Below, one piece after another: positions 52,303 through 63,200 of a stretch of DNA of 64,000 bases (its first letter is position 1; each line of letters opens with the position of its first letter). Both the position numbers and the translations under genes were made by a program. The notes below the pieces were generated by a model. It made no database searches, was not told the DNA's origin, and was given only the letters and a program-made list of their open reading frames with translations. The stretch is from Zooshikella harenae (GTDB taxonomy: Bacteria > Pseudomonadota > Gammaproteobacteria > Pseudomonadales > Zooshikellaceae). The stretch spans positions 17,164 to 81,163 of the forward strand of contig NZ_JAGSOY010000008.1 in the NCBI RefSeq assembly GCF_018837975.1, written 5' to 3'.

Positions 52303-53314
52303 GTGTCACGATATCCTGTTGCTGTTGATCCGCAGAAAACCAGTGATAGCTTGGCAATACCACTTCATGATGATTTTTTAAGGACTGGTGTTCACCCAAC
52401 CATGTTGTCCAACCTAACCGGCAACGACTGGTTTGTTTTAACTCCAGTTTAGGCGCTTCATAAGGCCTAAGACCCAACTTGATGTCATATTCAAGTTGAT
52501 CGCGTTGAATAAATTTAATTAACTCATGTAATGGACGATAATCATCCCCAGAAGGAAGAAACCGTTCAAAACGTGAAAAATCCAAGTCATCAATGACTAC
52601 TCTGAACTTACCAGAACGATCTCTGACAGAGGCACCTAATACTAAGTTAATTCCCATTTCACAGTTTGCCGCCCCAAGCCGGTTACGCTGTTCCTCTGGG
52701 ATTGGTACCACACGTAACATACACTGCTGAATTGAAATGGCTTTATGCTGAAAATAATGCCGCATAATTCCTGACAATACCCCCGCAGAATGAATACGCA
52801 TACTCAATAAGCCTAAATAAGGCAGCAACCGATGCCAATGTAAGTGAGTACTTTTTCTAAGGTTAAGCTCACCTAATCCTATCAGCGAAAACATGTGCTG
52901 AGAGAACTCATCTAACGCTTCTTCTTGATAGTTAAGGTAGTATCGATATTTTTTCCAACCGTGATACAGTAGCTCAATATATCGGTGGTTAAATAAATCC
53001 ATGAAATCACGTATTGGATGATTTTCTGGATCATTTTGTACAATTCGTTCTGTATAAAAAGCAGGTAATGGGGAAGCTGGTCCGTACAGTCCCATAAAAT
53101 TAACTGTCAGCAAGTAATCTTGCCTTGCTTCTAACTGCCTTATTTCAAGCGAAGCAATATCACTCGGAGGAAATGCAAGCGAGGCATTTGCCCGATAACG
53201 CATGTTAATTGGCTGGTCATCAAACTTAGCAGATACAGGAATATAGTATGATGTTAGTAAATGAACCGCTTGATAAAAGCTATATTGCCTGCTGTTGACC
53301 AGCAAATCATACAT
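52292..53314 (-). CDS. tssG: T6SS baseplate protein TssG
   Basis: Begins MYDLLVNSRQYSFYQAVHLL (a TssG hallmark); its start overlaps the tssF stop (TAATG); the track reports an upstream GTG at 53350. Confidence 0.8.
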   Translation of the reverse strand: MYDLLVNSRQYSFYQAVHLLTSYYIPVSAKFDDQPINMRYRANASLAFPPSDIASLEIRQLEARQDYLLTVNFMGLYGPASPLPAFYTERIVQNDPENHPIRDFMDLFNHRYIELLYHGWKKYRYYLNYQEEALDEFSQHMFSLIGLGELNLRKSTHLHWHRLLPYLGLLSMRIHSAGVLSGIMRHYFQHKAISIQQCMLRVVPIPEEQRNRLGAANCEMGINLVLGASVRDRSGKFRVVIDDLDFSRFERFLPSGDDYRPLHELIKFIQRDQLEYDIKLGLRPYEAPKLELKQTSRCRLGWTTWLGEHQSLKNHHEVVLPSYHWFSADQQQQDIVTHEA

Positions 53315-55098
53315 TAAAGCACTGGCTGCTGACCTATGCGAGGCTCCCACGTATAAATCTCCCCATTTTCAATACCAACCACTTCAAGAATATGGAATGA
53401 GTTCAATGATACATATAAAGCAAAAAACTCATTTAATACTGAAGCAAACAAGAACATTTCACCTTCATTCGCAAACTTGCTTATTCTCACCTGTAATCGT
53501 GTTTTGATGCCTCTTATTGGCAAGCCTTTATATAATCGATCAATATTTTCATGCTCAATTTTTTCAATGCCTTCAAGTCTATTTTTGCTTATTCGGGCAT
53601 ATTGACGATCATAGTAACTACGATAATCATAGGTTGATAAAATAATTCTTAGCGCTTCAGTATTGACTAATGACACATAATTCAACGACATATTGGATAT
53701 AACACGCCAATGAAAACCTTTATCTAATGGAGGTGTGAATGATTGTGTTACCTTCGTTATATTTTCAAAATCCACATACTCGGGAGTATCACCTGTTTCG
53801 ACATTAATATCACCTATTGATAATTTACTCGGCAAATTACGATTACTACAGGTTAACTCAACAGAAATAGTTTCTGCTTGCGGTGCTAAGTCTTCATCAT
53901 TAAATGAAACAAAAGATAAATAAGTATCTACGCCTTGTTGAACAACAGAATCTTTTAGACGTGTACGGTAATAAATATTTTTTTGGCTACCACCAATTGA
54001 AATAGCGTGATCGAACGACTCAAAGGGTTTATACGCTCTTTTTAGCTGGTCACCATGCCCCCACCCTATAACATTATCAATACTGTAAATTTCATAGTGT
54101 GAAGGACTTTCACCTGCAGGTAAAACCCGGTATTCAGTACGGCGTTGATCCATCCGAATGGGGGTGGCTTCATGTTCAAATAAATTAACAACTGGAGTGC
54201 AAAACAAGCGAACATTTTCTAATTTAGGTATATCTTGACGTTCAATGGGTCGATCAAACTCAATAACTAAGTTAAATTCACCAGCTGTTTGCAAAATCTC
54301 TTTAAGTGTTTCTTTTTGATAGATTTTATCCAGACCTTCAATATCAACAAACAAATATTTTTCTGGTAAAGCAAAATACTCCTGAATATAGCGATACCCC
54401 ATAAAAGTATTATCTGAATAGGGTAATAAGCTTTCATTATCAGCAAAGCCAACCGGCTTTACATGGTTGGGAGTTAACCTATATAAATCAATTGACTCTC
54501 CTTCAACAGAAGTAGTCACCATTATTTTTTTAACATGTCTGCTCAAAAAGTAATAAAGCGTTTGAGAAATATTAAATTGACCGTGTAAAAAAAGCCGCAA
54601 ATTCTGCAGCGATATATCTTGTAAAGTTGTAAAGTTTTGCAAAGAAAAGTGTAATCGTAAGCTACTACCTGTTGCTTGAAGGGTATACTCAAGATCATCT
54701 AAAGTAATAGGATAAATATCCACATCGTAACATGTATGAAACTTACAACGCGTCCCATCAACAGGTAGTGATTGAACTTCAACACCGCGTTCAATTGTTT
54801 GCTTCTCTGATAACCCACCTTGTATTGTATATTCCAAAATACTCATCGAAGGAACGGGTTTTAAATAGTTTGGCCAGAGTAAACTCATTACCGAATGAGA
54901 TAACTCTGGTAACTCATCTTCTAGCTTTTGCCGTAACCGCCCCGTAAGAAATGAAAAACCTTCAACTAAACGCTCAACATCAGGGTCTTGTTCCTGCACT
55001 GATAAATAAGGTGCCAGCCTTGGATTTTTTTCTGCAAACTCTTTACCCAACTCACGAACGGCATTAAGTTCATCCTGAAAATACTTATTGAAAGACAC
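53314..55098 (-). CDS. tssF: T6SS baseplate protein TssF
   Basis: 594 aa; N-terminus YFQDELNAVRELGKEFAEKNPRLAPYL...DPDVERLVEGFSFLTGRLRQKLEDE matches the TssF/ImpG family. Confidence 0.85.
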   Translation of the reverse strand: MSFNKYFQDELNAVRELGKEFAEKNPRLAPYLSVQEQDPDVERLVEGFSFLTGRLRQKLEDELPELSHSVMSLLWPNYLKPVPSMSILEYTIQGGLSEKQTIERGVEVQSLPVDGTRCKFHTCYDVDIYPITLDDLEYTLQATGSSLRLHFSLQNFTTLQDISLQNLRLFLHGQFNISQTLYYFLSRHVKKIMVTTSVEGESIDLYRLTPNHVKPVGFADNESLLPYSDNTFMGYRYIQEYFALPEKYLFVDIEGLDKIYQKETLKEILQTAGEFNLVIEFDRPIERQDIPKLENVRLFCTPVVNLFEHEATPIRMDQRRTEYRVLPAGESPSHYEIYSIDNVIGWGHGDQLKRAYKPFESFDHAISIGGSQKNIYYRTRLKDSVVQQGVDTYLSFVSFNDEDLAPQAETISVELTCSNRNLPSKLSIGDINVETGDTPEYVDFENITKVTQSFTPPLDKGFHWRVISNMSLNYVSLVNTEALRIILSTYDYRSYYDRQYARISKNRLEGIEKIEHENIDRLYKGLPIRGIKTRLQVRISKFANEGEMFLFASVLNEFFALYVSLNSFHILEVVGIENGEIYTWEPRIGQQPVL

Positions 55099-55114
55099 CG
55101 CACTTTTCCCCTTA

Positions 55115-55531
55115 TCAACCTTTTACCCGCGCTTGACCAGAACCAGCTAACTCAGTTTCAAATGAAATACGTGAACGTTGATTTTCCGTTACGACTTCTG
55201 CAGTAATACCAAACTTAAGCACTAATGGATTATCTGCATCTTCATAGTGTTCAACACGTATCGTAGATAGCCTGGGCTCATATAAACTCAGGTATTCTTT
55301 AATAGCTTGTTTTATTTGAATAATGGCATCAGGAAATTGAGACACTAAATCATTAAAGTCAGGCATGCCATAATCAGGTAAAGCCATCACACTACCCTGA
55401 CGCACATTTAACATATCTTGTACGTGGGATAGGATCGACTTTTGTAGTTTATGCTCATCAAATGCTAATGTTCTTTGGTTAACTGTTTCTGCATTGATGA
55501 TTCGTTCAAATAAACAACGCTCTGCAGTCAT
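55115..55531 (-). CDS. tssE: T6SS baseplate protein TssE (gp25-like)
   Basis: 138 aa; ...SILSHVQDMLNVRQGSVMALPDYGMPDF fits the gp25/TssE family. Confidence 0.8.
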   Translation of the reverse strand: MTAERCLFERIINAETVNQRTLAFDEHKLQKSILSHVQDMLNVRQGSVMALPDYGMPDFNDLVSQFPDAIIQIKQAIKEYLSLYEPRLSTIRVEHYEDADNPLVLKFGITAEVVTENQRSRISFETELAGSGQARVKG

Positions 55532-55640
55532 GCGCTCTCTTTATTAAATCAGTTGGAGTTAAACCCATTGATAAGAAATATACCTTTTACTAAAAAAGTA
55601 TATTTCTAGCTAAAGAATAGACTTATAGAAAGAGATCCAG

Positions 55641-55709
55641 GTTGTTGGTATTGCTAGATCCATACTGGCGAACTTTTGCCTTTCATATAAGTTCAGCAAT
55701 ACCAACAAC
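55641..55709. promoter_or_regulatory. Perfect 14-bp inverted repeat GTTGTTGGTATTGC ... GCAATACCAACAAC (41-nt spacer) inside the 212-nt tssC-tssE intergenic gap
   Basis: Read directly; it is the only long non-coding gap inside the T6SS structural operon. Confidence 0.5.
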
Positions 55710-55743
55710 ACTGATAAGCTCAATCAAGTATATTCACTACCAC

Positions 55744-57228
55744 CTATGATTTATCAAGCTTACCTACGAGTGACAGCGTAAAATCAGCCCCCATATATTT
55801 GAAGTGAGGGCGCACAGATAAGTTGACTCGATACCAGCCTGGTTCACCCTCAACATCCGAAACAATTACTTTTGCCGCTCGTAGAGGTCGACGACTTCGA
55901 ACCTCTGGAGAAGGGTTTTCCTGATCAGCAATATACTGTCTGATCCATGTATTTAGTTCCCGCTCAAGGTCTGAGCGCTCTTTCCAGCTACCAATATGCT
56001 CTCGCTGGAGAACTTTTAAATAATGCGCTAGCCGGTTAATAATAAACATATAAGGCAGTTGCGTACCTAGTTTATAATTGACTTCAGCCGCTTTGCCTTC
56101 AGGATTATTAGAAAACTTCTTCGGTTTTTGAACTGAGTTTGCAGAGAAAAAGGCCGCATTATCACTTCCCTTACGCATTGTTAAAGGTATGAAGCCTTCG
56201 TCTGACAACTCATATTCTCTCCGGTCAGAGACAAGGATTTCTGTGGGAATTTTCATTTCCACATCACCCATAGAATCAAATAAATGCACGGGAAGATCTT
56301 CTACCGCACCACCACTTTGTGGTCCAATAATATTTGGGCACCAACGGTACTTTGCAAAGCTGTCTGTTAATCGAGAGGCAAATGTAAATGCTGTATTTCC
56401 CCATAAATAGTCTTCATGACTGGAAGACACATCTTCTCTATACTCAAATGCACGAACCGGATTTTCCTCTGGATCATAAGGTTGGCGTAGTAAGAAACGA
56501 GGCATGGTTAATCCAACGTAGCGGGAATCTTCTGATTGCCGGAAACTATGCCACTTCGCGTACTGAGGACCTTCAAAAATTGCTTTCAGATCTTTTAGGT
56601 TCGGTAACCCTTCAAATGATTCTAAGCCAAAGAATTTTGGCCCTGCTGCAGCAATAAATGGAGCATGAGACATTGTAGAAACACTGGCTACATTCTGTAA
56701 TAATTTCACATCTGCTGCTGCTGGTGAGAAGTCATAATCGCCAATAATGGCACCAAAAGGTTGTCCACCAAACTGGCCATATTCTGCGGTATATACCGTT
56801 TTATAAAGACCTGACTTGGTTATTTCAGGCGCATCTTCAAAATCTTCATACAGGTCTTGCTTTGATGCATTTAATATTTCGACTTTAATATTTTCCCGAA
56901 AGTCTGTCCGATCAACAAGCACTTTTAAGCCACGCCAAGTCGACTCCAGTTGCTGGAATGTTTTGTTATGTAAAACCTGGTCAACTTGTTTACTAATACG
57001 CCCATCAATTTCAGCGATCATTTTATCAACAAGGCTTTTGTTGATGCGCTCTTCTTGATTTTGGGGCTTCAGTAATTCAGCAATAAATGCAGTTACACCC
57101 TTTTTAGCAACATCATAGCCCTCTTCTTGAGGCGCTATTTTTGTCTGTTGCACTATTTCATCTAAGAGTGAACTGCTTTCAGTAGCCTGCTCATTTGTTT
57201 GTTGATTCATTTCTGGTGAATCAGACAT
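55744..57228 (-). CDS. tssC: T6SS contractile sheath large subunit TssC (VipB)
   Basis: 494 aa; typical TssC start, with an acidic N-terminus then LLDEIV; paired with the upstream tssB. Confidence 0.9.
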   Translation of the reverse strand: MSDSPEMNQQTNEQATESSSLLDEIVQQTKIAPQEEGYDVAKKGVTAFIAELLKPQNQEERINKSLVDKMIAEIDGRISKQVDQVLHNKTFQQLESTWRGLKVLVDRTDFRENIKVEILNASKQDLYEDFEDAPEITKSGLYKTVYTAEYGQFGGQPFGAIIGDYDFSPAAADVKLLQNVASVSTMSHAPFIAAAGPKFFGLESFEGLPNLKDLKAIFEGPQYAKWHSFRQSEDSRYVGLTMPRFLLRQPYDPEENPVRAFEYREDVSSSHEDYLWGNTAFTFASRLTDSFAKYRWCPNIIGPQSGGAVEDLPVHLFDSMGDVEMKIPTEILVSDRREYELSDEGFIPLTMRKGSDNAAFFSANSVQKPKKFSNNPEGKAAEVNYKLGTQLPYMFIINRLAHYLKVLQREHIGSWKERSDLERELNTWIRQYIADQENPSPEVRSRRPLRAAKVIVSDVEGEPGWYRVNLSVRPHFKYMGADFTLSLVGKLDKS

Positions 57229-57257
57229 AACGCTCTCCTACTTAAATACTTTAAGGA

Positions 57258-57758
57258 TTATTCGCCAGAATGTTCTTTATCTAACCCTAATTCTTGCAGT
57301 AGCTTCTCTCTAGATTCAGTATCATTCAATACATTTTGAATGGCTTTTCTAAACGCAGGAGCGTTACCCAATGGGCCTTTAAGTGCTACTAAAGCATTTC
57401 TTAATTCCAGTAATTGATTCAGTTCAGGCACCTGCTGAACAATACTTTCAGGTTCAAAATCACGAATATTTTCAAATTTTAACGATAGCCCCATATCATC
57501 ATCTTCGTTATCAGATAGCGTATTGGGCACAGCAATATCAATGGCAAGGTTTTGCTTTTTCAACACTTCATTGAAGTTGTCTTTATCAACGCTAATTGTT
57601 TTGCGCTCTTCAATTAAACGGTCATCTTCCCTTAAGGTAAAGTCACTGACCACTAACATTTTAAGTGGTAATTCAACATCTTCCTGTGCACCACCTGTTT
57701 CAGGCTTATAAGAAATGTTGATACGTTCTTTAGGTGCTACAGAACCTTCTTTTGCCAT
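57258..57758 (-). CDS. tssB: T6SS contractile sheath small subunit TssB (VipA)
   Basis: 166 aa; KERINISYKPETGG...VELPLKMLVVSDFT is the canonical TssB N-terminus. Confidence 0.9.
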   Translation of the reverse strand: MAKEGSVAPKERINISYKPETGGAQEDVELPLKMLVVSDFTLREDDRLIEERKTISVDKDNFNEVLKKQNLAIDIAVPNTLSDNEDDDMGLSLKFENIRDFEPESIVQQVPELNQLLELRNALVALKGPLGNAPAFRKAIQNVLNDTESREKLLQELGLDKEHSGE

Positions 57759-57783
57759 TTTCTATCCCTCTATTCAATAAACG

Positions 57784-59448
57784 TTATAACTCAAGTGCTG
57801 CTGCAACATCAAAACAACATAGCCTTGCATGCAAACTTTCTATAGTTTCAGGTGCTACTTTTTTATTGGGTAGTCGTTTATAACTTCGTAATAAAAGTGA
57901 CAGCACCTGAATACATAATTCGGGTTCCCACTGATCTAAATGATGTGCTACCAAATAGCGATCCATCTCTTCTAGAATAGGACAAGCCAATTCATACTTT
58001 TTTACATCAAAGCAAAACTGTGCCTGTTGTAATTTCCAGTACATTGACTCTCTTAACGATGCAGATCGTAATCCTTGTCTAAAAAGGCATAATGCTTCCT
58101 GTAATTGTTTTTTACTTGCTAATGCTTTTGCCTCTTTAAATGCTTCTACCCACGGCTGGTTCTCATCTTGTAAGTGACTTGATGATGACTGATTGCTGCT
58201 TGCTAACACAGTAGACTTAACCCAGTCTTTTGTTTCCTCATCAGCAAAAGGAGACTGATCAAAAAATGTTAATTCGAGTAACTCCGGAAACTTTCGTAAA
58301 AAACTAGCTGTTTGTGTTATTACAGCCTCATAGGCTTCTTGTAAACCCAACTGAAGTAATGCTTCAGCCACTAAACGATGGCCATCTAACCAAAAAGGGG
58401 CTTTTGAAATACTGTTTTCAACTTCATCAACAAGCTGTTGATATTGACCATTAGCCATAAGATTTTCATAGGCTAATCGCTTGTCTTTTGGAATAGGTCT
58501 TAAATCTGTTTTACCTTGCTGGTGACGAGGCAGCTGAAAAACATTCAACCATGTCGCATAACGATTAATTTCATAGGCAAATGCATCACTTAATTGCTGC
58601 TCACGCTTATAAGCGGCAATTTGTCTCAAATAGTCCTGACAGGTTCGTAAAGCCTTATTGCACTCTCGGTCATCTGTTAGATCACCTTCTAAAGGTTTTA
58701 TATCCGTCTTAACTGGACTCGAAACAGGTTTAGCCTCTGTTTTTTGTGCTTGCGGCTTTGTACTTGTAGCTTGTTTTTCTTCTTGAGCTTTTACTGGCTC
58801 TGCTGACGATTTGCTCAGTAAAGTTTCTGCTTCCTGTGGCTTGTTACTTTCAGGTTGTGGATTAACAGCCTCAGCAGGCATTGATAACTCAATGTCCTCA
58901 ATAAACCCCACCAATAAGCGACGAAATGGTCCCAGCGCAGGCGCATGGTCTCCCATAATATCATTTACTAGCTGTTCTAAAGCTTTTACTCCCTCAGTTG
59001 CTTTAGACAACGTCGCGTGATCATCCTGCACAGGTTTATAGTTTTCAATTTTTTCCTGGAGTTCTTCAACCAACCACTCCAAAGCACTAACTCGTGCTCT
59101 TATCCGCTTTTTTGGGGGAAAAATAATATCCCAACAATGCTCAATAAAATGTCTCAGCATTTGAAAGCCTGCATACAACCCTTCAAAGCCATACATTTCA
59201 TAAAGCGCTCGACAAAGATAACAAGCGACTAAAATATCTTTTGATTGCTGCTGTAAATGCTCTTCTGCTTGAGCAACAACCTTTTTCCAGGTGACAGAAC
59301 CTTGGTCAGTAAGCGCTGTAAGCTTGGCAAACTCAGCTTCCAGCGTTTCATAAGTAGAAGCATAGCGAGCATCGGACCCAGATGGAGCATCTTCAGGTAA
59401 TTGAGCCGTCGCGACTTGCTGAAAATAACTGACATCTAACTCACTCAT
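57784..59448 (-). CDS. tssA: T6SS protein TssA (ImpA N-terminal domain)
   Basis: ATG at 59448 with GAGGGG at -8; ImpA_N-like N-terminal region (MSELDVSYFQQVATAQLPEDAPSGSDARYASTYETL); the track starts at an upstream TTG. Confidence 0.75.
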   Translation of the reverse strand: MSELDVSYFQQVATAQLPEDAPSGSDARYASTYETLEAEFAKLTALTDQGSVTWKKVVAQAEEHLQQQSKDILVACYLCRALYEMYGFEGLYAGFQMLRHFIEHCWDIIFPPKKRIRARVSALEWLVEELQEKIENYKPVQDDHATLSKATEGVKALEQLVNDIMGDHAPALGPFRRLLVGFIEDIELSMPAEAVNPQPESNKPQEAETLLSKSSAEPVKAQEEKQATSTKPQAQKTEAKPVSSPVKTDIKPLEGDLTDDRECNKALRTCQDYLRQIAAYKREQQLSDAFAYEINRYATWLNVFQLPRHQQGKTDLRPIPKDKRLAYENLMANGQYQQLVDEVENSISKAPFWLDGHRLVAEALLQLGLQEAYEAVITQTASFLRKFPELLELTFFDQSPFADEETKDWVKSTVLASSNQSSSSHLQDENQPWVEAFKEAKALASKKQLQEALCLFRQGLRSASLRESMYWKLQQAQFCFDVKKYELACPILEEMDRYLVAHHLDQWEPELCIQVLSLLLRSYKRLPNKKVAPETIESLHARLCCFDVAAALEL

Positions 59449-60190
59449 AACTGCTTTGCCCCTCAATAATCCTTTGTGCCGCTATTTTATCCACGAGTAC
59501 CGAAAAATTAGTTAATGACGATAGGTGTTCATAAAGGAGCATCATATAATCGTTTGTAATAAGTTCCTTCAACTGTTTTTCTGTTAGTTTTTGCAATTGT
59601 GCCTTACTAATCACCATAAAACCTGTGACGGATAAATCATCTCCCTTATTCATTTTAATTTGAGCATTCATAGGCTCCAATAAATTAAGTGCTTTTATAT
59701 GCTTACAAAAGGTATTTGTGTCCTCACTTGCCTGTTGAAAAGTCTTTAAAAAATTAATTTTACTTTTTGTATACTCGCTCACGCTACCTGAATGAAATAG
59801 ATCAACGCCTTGTTCTTTATTTAATACGGCTGATTGATCATCAATACAAACAATCCAGTCTTGTTCAGGCTGCTGAACTTCGGCCAATATGAACGGATAT
59901 CGTCTTATATAGGCAGGAATATATTTAGCTGTCCAACTTCCTCTGTCAGTCACAAATACATTATGGTGTTTTTCTAACCCAAGGACAGCCGCAGGCTGAA
60001 TCTGATCATCTTGTTCAACAAAGACAATAGGAAAAACTTTTGAAGCCTGACTAAACTCTGTGGAAGTTAAATAAACAGCGCTGGTGTCAGCAGCAAATTT
60101 ATAGTTCGCATTTTCGAGAATTTTACACTCAGCATGGTCTTCCATGCTGAGTGGTACAATATGCTTATAAAACGCGTTGTTCGTATTCAT
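59441..60190 (-). CDS. SapC-family-like protein
   Basis: 249 aa; KVFPIVFVEQDD...PAAVLGL...YIPAYIRRYPFIL resembles the SapC family; its stop lies a few nt from the tssA start. Confidence 0.45.
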   Translation of the reverse strand: MNTNNAFYKHIVPLSMEDHAECKILENANYKFAADTSAVYLTSTEFSQASKVFPIVFVEQDDQIQPAAVLGLEKHHNVFVTDRGSWTAKYIPAYIRRYPFILAEVQQPEQDWIVCIDDQSAVLNKEQGVDLFHSGSVSEYTKSKINFLKTFQQASEDTNTFCKHIKALNLLEPMNAQIKMNKGDDLSVTGFMVISKAQLQKLTEKQLKELITNDYMMLLYEHLSSLTNFSVLVDKIAAQRIIEGQSSYE

Positions 60191-60211
60191 CTGCTTACAA
60201 CATCATACTAT

Positions 60212-63200
60212 TTATTCCTTCATAGTAGTCATTGACTCCAATCTTTCCACTTGAAGCAGATCTTCATCGCTATAGCTAAACAGTGTTACCCCATCAAGAA
60301 AGATACTACTATCAAAATAGCGTGTATCCTCAAGTGTTATTAGCGCTGTTTTGGCCGCATCCTTAGAGACTTTAGGTAACATAACTGTTGTCGTTTCAGA
60401 CGTATTTACCAACGTTGGTTTATTAAATAATCCCTCTAATACCGCCTTACGTGCATTATAAATTAGCAGGTCTTTGCTCACGAGTAAGTTAACAGGTTGA
60501 TAGTTGCTGCCAATTTCACCACGTGTATTTAATTCAACCCTACGCGCGATAATATTGCGTCTATACGGATTAGGCAATGTATAAATATCACCCACTTTAG
60601 AGGTGATTCGCACATCGTCAGCTTTAATATGTGAAATATTTACACCAGAATACCCATTGAGTACCGCATTTCCAACAGTACTCAATGAGCGATTGCTAAA
60701 CATATTAACCTGTCCCTTGTTACTTATGATGGATACAGCCTGAGCATTAACATTTCCATTTAGATTAATATCTTTCTGTGCCAGCACATTTAAATAGTTG
60801 CTATTCACAGCTCCAAGCACAATTCCCTGACCACTGTGAATATTCACATTTGCTGCTGTAAGCGAACGCGCATTAACATTTCCCGCAGCTTTTGCTAAAA
60901 AGCTATAACCATTACCAACAACGTTAGGTAGTAGAATTTCTCCCGTATCGCTATAAAAAATTCCATTGTTATACAGGTAAACTGCTGGTGTTTTTTCCAG
61001 ATTAATGCCTCTTTTTGCTGATACAGAGTGAAAGACATCAACACCACTTTGATTTTCGATAATTAGCTGACCATCAAGCGACACCTGTCCAAGGCGTATT
61101 CTTCCTAATCCACTGTATAATGCCAGGTTACCTGCCCCCTCAACCAACGTTTGAGACAGGTTAATATTTCCTGCATTCTGTTGCGTCTTCAAGCTAACAT
61201 GCTTAGCGATATCTAACGTTCCAACCTGGCTAAAATCCAAGCCACCTTGCTTAGCACTTATATCACCCTCTAATTCGACTCGAGGAGCTGTAATACCTAG
61301 TGAAGCTATATGGGCAGAAGCTAATTTGATTATGCCATTAGGAGCTGTAAGTGATAATGCATAATTACCTTGCACATATTTATCTGCAGCTAAAATATCA
61401 CCAGCGCTGGAAACAATAGATGTATCATTAGCTAACTGCCACAAACCTGTACCATTAAAACGTACATCATTAAAAGCTTGTATCTTGCCATCAGTTGTTA
61501 ATGATCCAGTATTAAACACTGTAAGACCGTTAACAGAAACATCAGATAAGCTTACATCGCCTCCGTTGGCATTTATGGTTAAACCATCACCTTTAACCTT
61601 AGCATTAGAAAAGTTAATAGCACCATGCTGGGTTGATACAACAACTTTATTTTCTAAAGCAATCAGATCAGCACCTACAGCATTTAAGCCATCATAAGTA
61701 GCAATATTTCCGGCCAAATTAAGTTTTTGTGCTTTTACATCAAACCGCCGTGCAGAAGTATTATCTAAAGACACAGTATTGCCAGATAATGTGACATTAC
61801 CATTGATCGTAGCTTTACTGACATAAATTTGACCATTTAATGCATTAAAAATCGTATTTTGGTGGACATTAATTGCTTTGTTATTATTAAAAAATATCCC
61901 TTGTTCAGTCGTAATATCATGATAAATATCGACTAAACCAGCATTACTTATTGATAATGTATTAATGAGCGAATTATTAGAAAATTTACCCAATCTAACA
62001 GTATCTGCATTAAGGTTTATCGCATAGTTACCTGCAAGTGTTTTATGTGACAAATCCAACTCATTATTTGGAGAACTTAATAATATATCCTGTTTCAGGA
62101 CAATATTACCTTCATTTCTAAAATCAAAACCTTGTTCTGCGGTTAGGTTTGCATAAAGATTAATCGTTTCAGAAGGGTTCGTCTGAGTACCACCAACAGT
62201 TAAACGGCCATCAATATTCACCTGACCAAGATTCATATCCCCTGTCTCATTAATGAGATTCAAGCTTCCACTACCTTGGACAAAGGTATTTTTTAAATCA
62301 ATAGCTGCTTGTGAAGGACTAACGTTATCTACTATTAGTGAACGATTACCATCAACATTCAAAACACCAACACGTGTTAAATCTAGAGAGCTATTACCAA
62401 CCTCAATATCACCCTGTAAATAAACGGTACGAGCAGAAGCATCTAAATTATTTACATCAGCATCAGCTAAATAAATATTACCTCGGTCAGCTGACAAGTT
62501 TAAACCATAATTACCTGATATATTCTTATCATCAACAGATATAGAACCATTATTAACGTTGATACCTGTATCACCCGCTAATAGCCAGTTTCCGGTTCCA
62601 TCAAAATAAATACCACTTTCAGCATCAATATTACCAACTGTAGAGAATTGTCCCGTATTATTTACAGCAAGTTCTTTGACTGATAGCGTCCCTAACAGCA
62701 CATCACCTTGTCCAGCTTCAATATAAAGATTGTCACCTTGTACTAAGCTATCTTCTAAACTGACATTAGCATTACCAAGGTGTGTATCAATAATCGTCTT
62801 TCCAATAATCTCAACTGTATCTACCCTTTCTGTGTTAAAAGTAGAATGAGTTTGGATGTTATCATTAAGCGTTAAAGATTGTGCCTGAAAGCCTAGCTTA
62901 TCAACTGTTAATGCGCCTAAAGTAATGTTTTTGGCATCAATATTTAATTCAGAACCATAGAGCTTACTGTTTTCTAGCAGCACATCACCTTGCAAAGCAT
63001 GAATTTCAATAGGTTGACCTAGCTTAATTCGACCATTGTCAGTTAAATCAACTCGCTCAGAAACAACAATATTATCATTGAGTAGCACATTTTTAGCGTG
63101 GTTGATCGTCAATGTTTTAAGTGGGTTAAAAGTATCCAGTTTACCTAGCGTTATATTTTCTGCATTTAGTGTTAACCCATAATTACCAGATAATGTATTC

